Shown: one piece after another, positions 28,350 to 42,200 of the stretch
Position numbering within the stretch: the stretch's first letter is position 1
Layout of the letters: each line of letters starts with the position of its first letter
From: Eledone cirrhosa
Lineage: Eukaryota
NCBI GenBank assembly: GCA_964016885.1
Contig: OZ024759.1
Span: 36,270,001-36,334,000 of the forward strand
Length of the DNA stretch: 64,000 bases
Direction of reading: 5' to 3'
Made by a program: the position numbers and the translations under genes
The notes under the pieces: model-generated
What the model was told of the DNA's origin: nothing
Databases searched by the model: none
Seen by the model: the letters and a program-made list of their open reading frames with translations, nothing else

Positions 28350-31180
28350 GTGTGTGTGTATATGTATATCATCATCGTTTAACATTTATCTAGCCATCCA
28401 TTCACCCAGTGTTTGTGTATGTGTGTGCATATATGTGTGTATGTATATATATATGTGTGTATGTATGTCTGTCAGTGTGTTTATTATTACTGACTGCTAT
28501 TCTTTCTATTGCTGTTTATTATTCTAGGCTGGTATGAGGCTTGATTATTTCTATTTCAACTTACGTGAAGAACTCCAAGTCGACATCCAGAAATTGCAGT
28601 TAATTTCCTGCTTTTATGGTCAGTTTGACGACAGTTCTAACAAGGTAGGAAACTGTCTATAGTAATTATGGTCAGTTTGACGACAGTTCTAACAAGGTAG
28701 GTAACTGTCTATAGTAATTATGGTTAGTTTGATGACAGTTCTAACAAGGTAGGTAACTGTCTATAGTAATTATGGTTAGTTTGACGACAGTTCTAACAAG
28801 GGAGGTAACTGTCTATAGTAATTATGGTTAGTTTGACGACAGTTCTAACAAGGTAGGTAACTGTCTATAGTAATTATGGTCAGTTTGACGACAGTTCTAA
28901 CAAGGTAGGTAACTGTCTATAGTAATTATGGTTAGTTTGATGACAGTTCTAACAAGGTAGGTAACTGTCTATAGTAATTATGGTTAATTTGATGACAGTT
29001 CTAACAAGGTAGGTAACTGTCTATAGTAACTATGGTTAGTTTGACGACAGTTCTAACAAGGTAGGTAACTGTCTATAGTAACTATGGTTAGTTTGACGAC
29101 AGTTCTAACAAGGTAGGTAACTGTCTATAGTAACTATGGTTAGTTTGATGACAGTTCTAACAAGGTAGGTAACTGTCTATAGTAACTATGGTTAATTTGA
29201 TGACAGTTCTAACAAGGTAGGTAACTGTCTATAGTAATTATGGTCAGTTTGTTTATCAAACCATCACTCTAGAAATAGAGAAATATACACACATATCCAT
29301 ATGCTTATGTTCCAATAAATATATATATATTTGTATTTACTATTAGTAAGTAAGGTGCTCAATAGAGTGCAGAGTATAAACATATATATATATATTTATA
29401 TAGATTTATAGATAGATAGATTTAAATAGATATTCTTGATATCTACTTAGATGTATTTATATATGGACATATATCCTTGTTTTTCTTGGTTTATTTTCAG
29501 ATAATTTACCCAAGTGACATAACATTTGGCAGAGTAAATGATTACCAAAAGAAATTAACAGAAACCAATGTTCGGATTGATAAGATCTATTTACATTTGT
29601 CAGCTTCGGTGATTAACTTGGTACAAAGTGTATTAGAAAGCTATCCGTCCTGGAAGTCCCAAACTGTGAGTGTTGTCAGTCTTGTCATGTTATTTAGTTA
29701 TTATGACTAGGGTCAGGTTTAGATCTTGGGAGGGGGTCCTTCATATATTGTTTATATATTTTTCACATAATATTTCTTTATTTATCCTATTTTAGAAGAA
29801 AGAAAACCACACACCCGCCATGTCTCAGGAACCAACCAATAATTTATGGGGTGTACAGAAAGTTTCTTCCGAAAAATGGCTGGAATTTACTGCTATTACA
29901 GGTTTTTATAGAATTTACACTTTAAAATCTTTCTTGTTTGTGTACATGTATGTGTGTGGATGTGTATATATGTGTGTGCATGCATGTTTATGTATCTATG
30001 TGTGGATGTGTATGTATATATGTATGTGTGTGCATCTATGTGTGTGTATCTGTATTTATGTGTATTTATACATGTTTATGTGTATGTAGATGTATGTCTG
30101 TGTTTATGAAGTATGTATATATTATATATATTTCACTGAGGTATGTATATATTATGTATATTTGACTAAAGTATATATATTTGTACATTATTCTATGTAC
30201 TATACATGCACCTTTGATGAGTTGTAGTGCACCTGAGCACTGTACACAATAATTTCATTATTATCATTATATATTATATATATTTTCAGGAGATACAGGT
30301 GCCAGTGAAAGGAAATTTATTTCCAATGGTTTTGTGGAAAAATTCAATCTTACAATCAATGAACTCGATCTTGTGTTTGAGGTTGAAAACCGAGATAATG
30401 AAATTCCTATTTTATACTTGAAATCTTCCTTAGATGCTAAGATGAAGAATCTTTCTAGTCAGGTATACACATTTTATTATTATTGTTCACTTTTAAAATG
30501 AAATATTTTATATAAAATAAAAGCCAGCTATTACCCCAGTGAATGACCGGTACTTTATCAACTCTGTAAGGATGAAAGGCAAAACTAACCATATAATAAC
30601 TAAATAATAAGGATATGTAATCTACAGTTTATGTTATATTATATTTGTGCTTTTGGTGGATTGGCAGTATCAGTAGAGGGTCAGACACTATGCTTTGTAG
30701 CATAGAGTTACGGCCCTTTATGATCTGAGTTCAAATCCTGCCGAGGTTAACTTTGCTTTTCATCCTTACGGGGTCGATAAAATAAAGTACCAGTAATACA
30801 CTGGGGTAATTGCTGGCCTTGTGCCAAAAGTAGAAACAATTATTATATTTCCTTTTATATGACTGTAAATAATTTCACTATCGTTAAATAGCGTCTCAAC
30901 GTTTCTTGTGTTTCTAGTTGCAGCTGCAGTCTGAGATAAACATTGAAGTTGCTTACTTCAATGAGAAGTTAAGTGTTTGGGAACCGTTTATTGAACCAGT
31001 TATGGAGAAGGAGAACTTGTATCGACCGTGGGAATTACAAATCAAGGTAACCACTTCAACTATTTCATCATCATCATCATCGTTTTTAGTATCTTTACTT
31101 TGACATGGTGGTGTGGTCTGGATGGTAGGTTTTCTACTGCTACTACTACTACTACTACTACTGTTGCTGCTGCTGTTACC

Positions 31181-31242
<62 letters not shown>

Positions 31243-31243
31243 C

Positions 31244-31281
<38 letters not shown>

Positions 31282-31368
31282 CACCACCACTACTCCACCA
31301 CCACTACTACCACTACCACCACCACCACCACCACCACCACCACCACCACCACCACCACCACCACCACC

Positions 31369-31415
<47 letters not shown>

Positions 31416-32500
31416 CACTATTACTACTACTACTACTACTACTACCACCACTACTCCACCATCACTACTACCACTACTACTATTACCACTACTACTACTA
31501 CTCCTACTATTACCATTACTACTACTACCAACAAATGAAATATTCAACAGAAAATTTGTTTCCATAATGTAGCATTAGTTTTTATTGTTTAGATGGTTCA
31601 AGCAGCAAGCCAGCCAATCACCACCAGTTATGAAGAAACTAGAATGGATATTGTTGATGGGTTTGATGAAGATATGCATAATAATCTTCAAAAAAGCCGT
31701 GTGAAGTCGAGTAGTTCAGAATCGGAAACTGATTCCAATACAGAGATGACTGTTATCAGACGGAAACCATCAAAGAAGAAAAGACTTAATAGTGAAAGAA
31801 GTTTTGGTAAGTGGAAAGTATATATATATAAGTTTATCCTGGGTTCAATCGGGGGTAACCACAGTAAGTAAGGTACTCAATACAAAGCAGAGTATAAATA
31901 TTTAATATAGAAAAGCTTCTACAGGACTAGAACTGTTTCATTCGGGAGAAATCATCAGGAAGCTCACTGTCCAAGTAATCCAATATATATATATATATAA
32001 AATGGTCGTTTTTGAAGCCCCATATATATGTGTGTCTGTGTATGTATGTTTATAAATGTGCATGCATGTGTGTGTGTGTGTGTGTGTTTATAAATGTGCA
32101 TGCATGTGTGTGTGTGTGTGTGTTTATAAATGTGCGTGCATGTGTGTGTGTATGTTTATAAATGTGCATGCGTGTGTGTGTGTGTGTGTTTATAAATGTG
32201 CATGCATGTGTGTGTGTGTTTATAAATGTGCATGCATGTGTGTGTGTGTGTTTATAAATGTGCATGCATGTGTGTGTGTGTGTGTGTTTATAAATGTGCA
32301 TGCATGTGTGTGTGTGTGTTTATAAATGTGCATGCATGTGTGTGTGTGTGTGTGTGTGTTTATAAATGTGCGTGCATGTGTGTGTCTATGTGTGTATGAA
32401 CACAACTCCTGAGCCGTAGGGACGCTGTATTGGGCATTTTAAACCTGGCAGAGTTCATCCTCCTCTGCAGGTCTGAACACTGCTGGTTTCTTCCAGAAAC

Positions 32501-32541
<41 letters not shown>

Positions 32542-34272
32542 CAGTAAGAAACAGAGAGAGAAAGAATACCTCACAGATTAATACCACATTGATATATCTC
32601 ACATCCCAACACCACTTTGATATATCTCACAGATCAATACCACAGATGAATACTACATTAATACATCTCCCAATATCTCACAGATCAATACAACATTGAT
32701 ACACCTGACAGAATTAACAAGAGATATCCTTATTTCAGATACAGTGAGTCACCAAAGCAGTATCCAAGGTGAATCAGATTCAGAGCCTGAGACATTTATC
32801 CATAATATCACAAATAAACTAGGTAATATCTTCTCTAGTGATAGTAGTGAAGCAGATGTCAGTGAAACAGATGACAATGATGAAGCCTTTGATCCCTCTC
32901 TCAATGATCCAGTATTTATGACATCCAAAGGCCTTATACATGCTGGCATGAGTGGTAGGGAAGCCTGTCTTCTTGTCTCTTCAACCATTAAACTGCTGTT
33001 TTATGTTGTCACTGCATATCTGTACATCTGTAGCAGGCTTATGTTGCACCTACCCATGCATTTGTATCGCTTATGTGTTGTTCTGTATTATATTATATTA
33101 TATTATGTTATGTTATAATATATAATTATGTTGTATTATATTATGTTATATTATAAGAGAGTGTTGTAGTTGCTTAAAGCATTGTGCTTTAAGTATAAGA
33201 TGGTATGTAATTCGAAGGCTGCGACACTGCATTGACCTCCAATATTTGGGGAAAGGGTTAAGTTAATTCTATTAACCTCCAATATTTGGGGACAGGTTCA
33301 TCATTGTTTATTTCATCCAACCCAGAAGGGTAAAAGACAAAGTTGACCTTGGCATGATTTGAAACCAAAACAGAATAATCCAGAACAAATGCTACCTGTC
33401 ATTTGTCCAATGATTAAATGCCAGGTAGCTGACCTCTCCCCCCTCTTACACATAACAACATAATTTAGCAGTGGAGATTTCTGGTGTCCTTGGCTCTAGG
33501 ACCACCTCTACAACTCAACACAGCTACAACTCTCATCAAAGCATGCCAGCATGTCGTTATATAAACCTCTAACCAAAGCTTTAAATCACAGTTTTTCACA
33601 TTCTTCACATACCTGACACATTTTTTGTCACACAACCCTTTTGATGCCAAACTTCCTCAGTTTATATGAATCAAAACAACCCATTTTAAAGGTTCCTTCT
33701 TAACCCTTTAACATTTAAACATGGCCATAATTGGCCAGAATTCTCTCACCTTTTTCTGTTCATAACAAGCCACTCATACTTATGTTAAGGTATTGTTCTC
33801 AAAATATATAATATCAAAATCTTGTAGATTCGATATTATGCGAGATAATTATATGAGATAAAGTGTTTACCATGAAAATAAAATAGTAAATATAGAGTAA
33901 TGTAAATGTTAAAGGGTTAAATTAAGACCTTCTAACAGCATATATGAACATTTCGTTGTTACAAATGTCATCTTAATAAAATTGTTGCACTTGGTGGTGA
34001 ATTGATGATTATTTTTTTGTTTTTGTTTCCCCCTTTTTTCCTTTCTCTTGCTTTGATCGTATATTTTGGTGTATTACATTTGTGGGGTTCCTACCAATAG
34101 TGTATTCTATTTATTATATGTGTTTATATTTTAATTCTGAAAGAATTGTGAACAATTTGTAATGTAATTCATACAACTGTGAATAATAGTGATGTATATT
34201 TAAAAAAAGATGTGGTAATAACTTATCCATTTAGTATATATACACATGTATGTATATATATATATATATATG

Positions 34273-34363
<91 letters not shown>

Positions 34364-35146
34364 ATGTATGTATATATATATATATATATGTATGTATATA
34401 TGATCTGTTTCTATTTAAGTGTATTTCTGTACTGATGCTGTAGGTTCAACATCTGATGAAGTTGATGGTCAGATCCATGAAGACAATGACACTAACATAT
34501 GTAACTACATCATCATAAACTCAAAAGATTCTTTCCAAATGAATATAACACCTGCAGCTATCAGTGTAGCTAACGACGTCTATGAGGTGAGTAACGTTAT
34601 ATAACCTATATATATGTTGTACAAGGAGATATATATGTGTGTGTGTATATATATATAACGGAGGAAATGTGGTAAGGAACCAGGTGGACCATAACGCACC
34701 AAAGTACTCAATACTTAGGGTAGTAGAGTGGGTAATAGGAACGAGTAGGACCCCGACGGCAGAGCTCAAGCCGTTTCGACGGTTAATTCAGGACGCTAAT
34801 TCAGTCCAGAATTAGCCATCGAAACGGCTTGAGCTCTGCCGTCGGGGTCCTACTCGTTCCTATATATATATATATATAAAACATAAAATTTTATATTGAA
34901 ATGGCTTGTACAGGACTAGAACTGTTTCATTCGAAGGAAATCATCAGGAAAGCACTTTCCTTGTGATTTCCTTCGAATGAAACAGTTCTATTCCTGTAGA
35001 AGCCATTTCTATATATATATATATATATAGTGAAAGAATAAAGAATAACATGGTCGGCTGTACAAAAAGGGTTTATTTACAGTATTAACAATTGTTTCGT
35101 TAATCAGGTGAGTCTAGCTGGATTACCTTAAACGACACCTTGTTAT

Positions 35147-35223
<77 letters not shown>

Positions 35224-35747
35224 ACATCTTACAGATATTTATTTCTCACCATATTGGTTAATATTTTCACATTTCTCTCTCTCAAGGCTTTGATGGCCCC
35301 AACAGGAACAGGTGTTACTCTGGTCAGGGATCTTTCTTCCTTGCAACTCATCAATGAAGTAAGTGTCTCCTGTTTGTTTGTCTTCTATTCTTTTTATTCT
35401 GTTTCTGGTGTTCAGTCTTTATGTGTCGGCCATGCTGGAGCACAGCCTGAAGGAATTTACTCAATCATATTGACTCCCAAAACTTATATTTTTTTGAAAT
35501 CTGGTACTTATTTTATCAATCTTTAATTGTTGAGCTGCTATGTCATGTGAGGAAGACGCAGTAGAGGAAGACCACGAAAATCATGGGCATAGGTGGTGAG
35601 AGCTGACTTCTGATCACTGAAGCTCACGGAGGAGATGAAGAAGGGCCGTGACAAGTGGAGAGATGGTGTGCTGAATAAGACCTGTCCCACCCTTGCAAGT
35701 AGGGAAAAGCGGACGTAAAATGATGATGATATATATATATACATATG

Positions 35748-35795
<48 letters not shown>

Positions 35796-35886
35796 TATGT
35801 AATGTATAATATTTATTTTTATCTTTACCAGCTTGGCTGTCATGCTGTAGTGACCCTGCATCATTCTGTCAAGGTAATTGTGTTAA

Positions 35887-35941
<55 letters not shown>

Positions 35942-37361
35942 TATGTATGTGTGTGTATATATATATTTGAAAATTATGTGGTTCTATTCACTATGTTCTT
36001 AGAACCCCGAAGAAAAAGTTCAAGGCTGTTCAGTGGTTCAGAAGAATGTTAATGGCATTGAAGAAAAGAAAATAATTACCTCTCCAGATTGGACCACCTC
36101 TCCAGATGATGAGTAAGAATATTATTTTTTTATTTGCATATTGTGAGATGGAAGACTGTGTGTTACATTATGTTGGTATCACAGAACATCCAGTCCACAC
36201 TGTAAGGTGGTCATGTAGGAGACAGTGAAAAGGCTCCCAGTCCACACTGTAAGGTGGTCATGTAGGAGACACAGTGAAAAGGCTCCCAGTCCACATTGTA
36301 AAGTGGTCATGTAGGAGACACAGTGAAAAGGCTCCCAGTCCACACTCTAAATGTGGTCATGTAGGAGACACAGTGAAAAGGCTCCCAGTCCACATTGTGA
36401 AGTGGTCATGTAGGAGACACAGTGAAAAGGCTCCCAGTCCACACTGTAAGGTGGTAATGTAGGAGACACAGTGAAAAGGCTCCCAGTCCACACTGTAAAG
36501 TGGTCATGTAGGAGACACAGTGAAAAGACTCCCAGTCCACACTGTAAGGTGGTCATGTAGGAGACACAGTGAAAAGGCTCCCAGTCCACACTGTAAATGT
36601 GGTCATGTAGGAGACAGTAAAAAGGCTCCCAGTCCACACTGTAAATGTGGTTGGCGTTAGAAAGGGTATCCAGTCATAGAAAACCAGCCAGAAACAGTTC
36701 GGTATGAGCAAGACACAATCACCCAATCAATCTTGCCTCAAGTGGGACAAACCTGTCCAACCCATGACATTGTAATACCACAACACAACACATTCTACCT
36801 GACATTGTAATACCACAACACAACACATTCTACCTGACATTGTAATACCACAACACAACACATTCTACCTGACATTGTAATACCACAACACAACACAGTC
36901 TACCAATTCACCATACACCTACAAATATCAAAATTAATATTATAATGACATTTGTCCTGAACATATTATCTATTGCAGTGAAACGGATGGGTTGAGTTTC
37001 TTGCCTAAGGCATTGGCCAATATTGGTAACATGGTGAAGTTGTTCCCGACTCAACAATTCCCTGATACTTTGGATTATACAACAAATGAGATGCTTGACA
37101 AAAACCAGATGTCACTGCAGGTAAGTTTACTTTATGCCAACACCACCAACACCATCATCATTACTACTACCACCACCACCATTAACACCATCACCACCAT
37201 CAACATCATCACCACCACCACCATCATCACCACTACTACTACTACCACCACCACTATCATCACCACCACCATCACCACCACCTCCACCACCATTAACATC
37301 ATCACCACTACTACTACTACCACCATCACCACCACCATCATCACCACCACCATCACTACCT

Positions 37362-37400
<39 letters not shown>

Positions 37401-39260
37401 TCACCATCACCACCACCATCACCACCATCACCATTACTACCACCACCATCATCATTTTATAATATTATTTTCCTTACGACCAGTTGTTTTTTTATATTTA
37501 ATTTCAGTTTGACGGCTTTGACCCGATGACCCTGTCCTACGCCAGAGCATGTCACAAATTAATACCTATGTTACCTGTTAAGGTGAGTTAATTAGTTTGT
37601 CAGTTTGTTACAGTTAATTATTGACATGGTGGTAGCCAATTGACCTGACTTCCTCATAGTGGGACCACCCAGAGTCCTTGGTGTGGCCAGCTCACCAAAT
37701 TCAAGGGTTGACTTATATTCAAGGGTGGCCTTATATTCAAGAGTCAGCTTATATTCAAGGGTCAGCTTATATTCAGGGGTTAGCTTATATTCAAGGGTCA
37801 GCTTATATTCAGGGGTCGGCTTATGTTCAAGTATATACAGCATCTTTTTTCTTTTAAATTCTAACAACTTTTTTTTAATATCAAATTTCCTTTCAGAACA
37901 ACACAAAATATTGTTTTGTTTGGGATGTCGACATAACTCATGGAAGGAAGCTTGTTAAAGTCAGCTCTCCCCTCAAGGTAAAACTACTTGATCTTAATAT
38001 ATGTTGCTGTTATTATTGTTGGCCTAGTGCCTAAATCAGAAACCATTATTACATCTCTAGAAATTACCATATTTGGTCAACAACTTGATCTTAAACTACT
38101 CGATCTTAATATTTGTTGCTGTTGTTGTTGTAGTTGTTGCTGGCCTTGTGCCTAAATTATAAATCATATTACATCTCTGGAAATGACCATATTTGGTCAA
38201 CAACAATAGCCAATGAATGTCTTCATTTTGTTTTTAAATATTTCAGATCCAAAACAACTTAACGATGGGTCTGGATGTCTTCTGTAAATCCCAGGCCCTG
38301 AAAGCCATCCCAGAATTAGCCATTAGAGCTGAAATGGATGATGATAAAGGTTATGTGAAGCTGACCACGATTGCTAGTGGCGACAGTTACCAAATACCTT
38401 TACTTATTGCCTACCACTGTGAACTGTTTGTTTCACCTGTTGATTTATTGTAAGTAGAGAGACTTACTGAAGCTGTTTGTTGTAATCTTTTGTTTATTCT
38501 TTTCAGTTGCTGTTTCATTAGATAGAATTAGAGAGAGAGAGAGAGAGGGGGGGAGGTAGACAAAACAAGGGTGAGAGAGTGAAAGATTGAGAGACAGTGA
38601 GAGGGAGAGAGAGAGAGAGAGAGATGGCTAATTATTGTGTTAATTTGTAGATATCTCATAAAGATGGCTGTGAGACAGTAAATTAACTGAGTCAGTAGAG
38701 TGTCAGATAGAATATTTTGTGGTATTTGTTCTGGCTCTCTGCCATTGTAAGACTCCAAGCTTGTGACAGACTTTAACCCTGCAGTGGACTGGTGTCCTGT
38801 CCAAGGGGAAGTCTTGTACTCACAATTGCTTAATGCCACAGTACTAGCCATTGTAAGCTTCCAAGCTTGAACAAAACACTTCATTTCACATTGCTCCAAT
38901 ATACTCAGCTGAAAATGAGTACCATAAATAGCTGGGTGTTTAACCCTGCAATGGACTGGCATCCTGTCCAGGGGGAAGTTTTGTCATTTCAATTACTTAA
39001 TGTCACAGAAACTGAGAGAAGCACTGGCCATTGTGAGCCTCTATTTCAATGGTTTATTTATTTTGTACTTATAGCTTTCCAAAGACAGAAACTGGTATCT
39101 GGTGGAAGGATCTTATACAGATGAAGGACAGATGTAAACATTATTCATGTGTTCCAACAGGTCTGGCACGACCTTTTACTATAAAGGTAAATCATTCTTT
39201 CTTTTGCTATATGTGTATATGTGTTTTTTTAATGTTTTCTAATATATGTATGTTTGTGTG

Positions 39261-39292
<32 letters not shown>

Positions 39293-42200
39293 TCACCGTC
39301 GCCATTACCATTTAACATTTATTTATATTTTCAGGTCAGCTGCAAAGACCAGGAGACACTATATCCATCGCAGACCCTTCCTAAAAGTATTCCCTACTAT
39401 ATACTCCACATGAACCCACCAGTTGTCCTACACAACCTCTTACCCTATGATGTACAGTTTTCTCTGGAGGTAATATTTATTTTTACTTTTTCAATCTCAT
39501 TCAGTTTAGAATTCAGTATTTGTGACCCTTACCCATCGTCATGGATATTGGGTAATGACTGAAAGATTACAACCATAAATACAAGCCCCTAAAATCTGGT
39601 TCCTCTGAATGGTCTTTGGAGTAACATTACTCTATCGAGTAACATTACAGATATTTCTATATCTCTATATTTTCCCCAAAGAAACCCCTTAATATTTCTA
39701 TATATGTTTATTTCTCCAAAGATAACCCCTAATAGGGCCTATATCTATATATTTTCTCCAAAGAAAACCCCTAATATTTCTATATCTGTGTATTTTTTTA
39801 GGGTTCCAACTCGTACAGCAGTTTAACCCATGGTGATATGACCCCGCTGTACACAGTAGATGTTACCAAGATGCAGAAATTGGCCTTGCAGGTAGATATA
39901 TAAACTGGGGCTTACAGGGGTCATGGCTATAAACTGGGGCTTACAGGGGTCATGGCACGTGGTGGTGGTCAGGGATGGCTGTCATCATCATTATTGTCAA
40001 CATCATTGTCATCACCATCATTGTCATCACCATCAGTCATCATTATCTTCATCATTGCTGGTACTCATTTTCAGCTAAGTAAACAATGTGAAATGAAGTA
40101 TCTTGCTCAAGAACACAACACACAACCCAGGAATCGGACCCACGACATTATGATTGTAAGTCCAACACCCTAACCACTAGGCCACACACCTCCACTCAAC
40201 TAGACAATAACTAGACAGTATAAAAATTGCTCCTGCAAACCAGATGTGACTTGACATGACCTGGAGTGACCGGATGTAACCAGTTGTGGCCAGATCTAAC
40301 CAGTTGTGGCCAGATGTGTCCAGATGTGACACAACTGGAATTACAACTCACCATCTTTCTATTTCCTTTGTAGATAACTGATTATCTCTCTTGCGAATGG
40401 AGTGGGAATTTAGACATTGGCAACGACATGGAAGAATTCAAAGCTATTTCCATGGAAACGGAGACTGATATGGAATCAAGCGAGAAGTACCTGAGTATTA
40501 GTATCCATTCTGTGCAGTCCTTGTCTCATGATCTTCGTATCTATTCCCCCTACTGGATCATGAACAAAACAGATTTTCCTATTATGCTGCGGGTAAATAA
40601 ACTTGTCTTTTTAAAACAGAATTTCTTGTTGTATTCTCTCTGAAAATCTGGAAATTATAAATTAAAAAAAATATCTAATGAGGCAGTTATTTTTATTCTT
40701 CATCATGTGACCATTAATTATAGACATGGAACTAAGGACTAGTTACAGTGAAGGAATAATCTCAGTTTATTATAGATATGTCATCATCACCACCCTTACA
40801 CTGTAAAGTTATGTTGGTATCACAACAAAAAAGCACCCAGCCCACACTGTAAAGTGGTCGTGTAGAAGTCATGACAAAAAGTAATCCAATACAATCTGAC
40901 ATTTGTACATTATTCTATGCACCTTTGATAAGTTGTAGTGCACCTGAGCACTGTACACAATAATTATTATTCTATTATTTCCACAGGGCACTGGCTCTGA
41001 TGCTGTTTTTGAGTGCAGTCCATCAGGTGTTCCCGTATTATTCAGATACAAAAAACACAGGAGAAAAAAGGTTTGTATTATTTCATCTTCTCTTTTATCA
41101 ACCCCATAAGGAGGAAAGGCAAAGTTAACCTCAGCGGGATTTGAACTCAGAGCGTAAAAAGTTATGAGGATTAACAGTATCGGTAGAGTGTCGGACAGCA
41201 TGCTTCGTGGCATAGAGTTACAGCCCTTTATATTCTGAGTTCAAATCCTGCTGAGGTTAGCCTTGCCTTTCATCCTTACAAGGTCGATAAAATAAAGTAC
41301 CAGTAACACACTGGGGTGGATTTAACCCTTTAGCATTTACATTATTCTATATTTACTATTGTATATTCACATAAAAGGCTTTACCTCACATAATCTCGAG
41401 TCTACAAGATTCTGATGATATTGTTTCTTTTAAGAATATCTTAATGTTGGTGTGAAGTGTTACAGCTGGTCTCAAGAAGGGGAAAGAGTTCTGGCTGGAT
41501 ACAACCAGTTTAAATGCTAAAGGGTTAATCCACTTTTCCCTCCGCCCAATTTACTGGCTTTGTGCCGATAATAGATATCGTTTTATTCTATCCCTTAATT
41601 TTTATTTCTTATGTTGTTGTTTTTCCAGGCCAAATTACATGTTTATGATTCTAAATGGTCCCAGTCATTCTCCATGGATACAGTCAACAGTGCTGGTGTC
41701 ATTATTTGCAATGATAAGGAGAGAAATCGCAAATATCAGGTGAGTTCAATCAAAATGTTTACTCTAAGGTCTAGGGACTCGGTATATCACTATAGTGACC
41801 CTAGGTCTCCACACAATTATGCTCTCTACATACATATATATACATATGTGGAGGCACATGGCTTAGTGGTTAGAGCATTGGCCTTGCAATCGAACGGTTG
41901 TGAGTTCAATTGTCAGACCGGGTGATGTGTTTTTTCCTTGAGCAAGACACTTTATTTCACATTGCTCCAGTTTACTCAGCTGTAGAAATGAGATGATAGG
42001 GACTGGGTTCCCTATCATTCCACTGCAAAGTGGTCATGGAGGTGCCACGGCAAAAAAGCACCCAGCACTCACTGTAAATGAGGTTAGTGTTAGGAAGGGC
42101 ATCCAGCTGTAGAAATCAAGCCAGAATCAGTTCCCGTCCCACCCTTGCAAGCAGGGAAAAGCGGACGTAAAATGAAATGATGATATATATATATATAATT

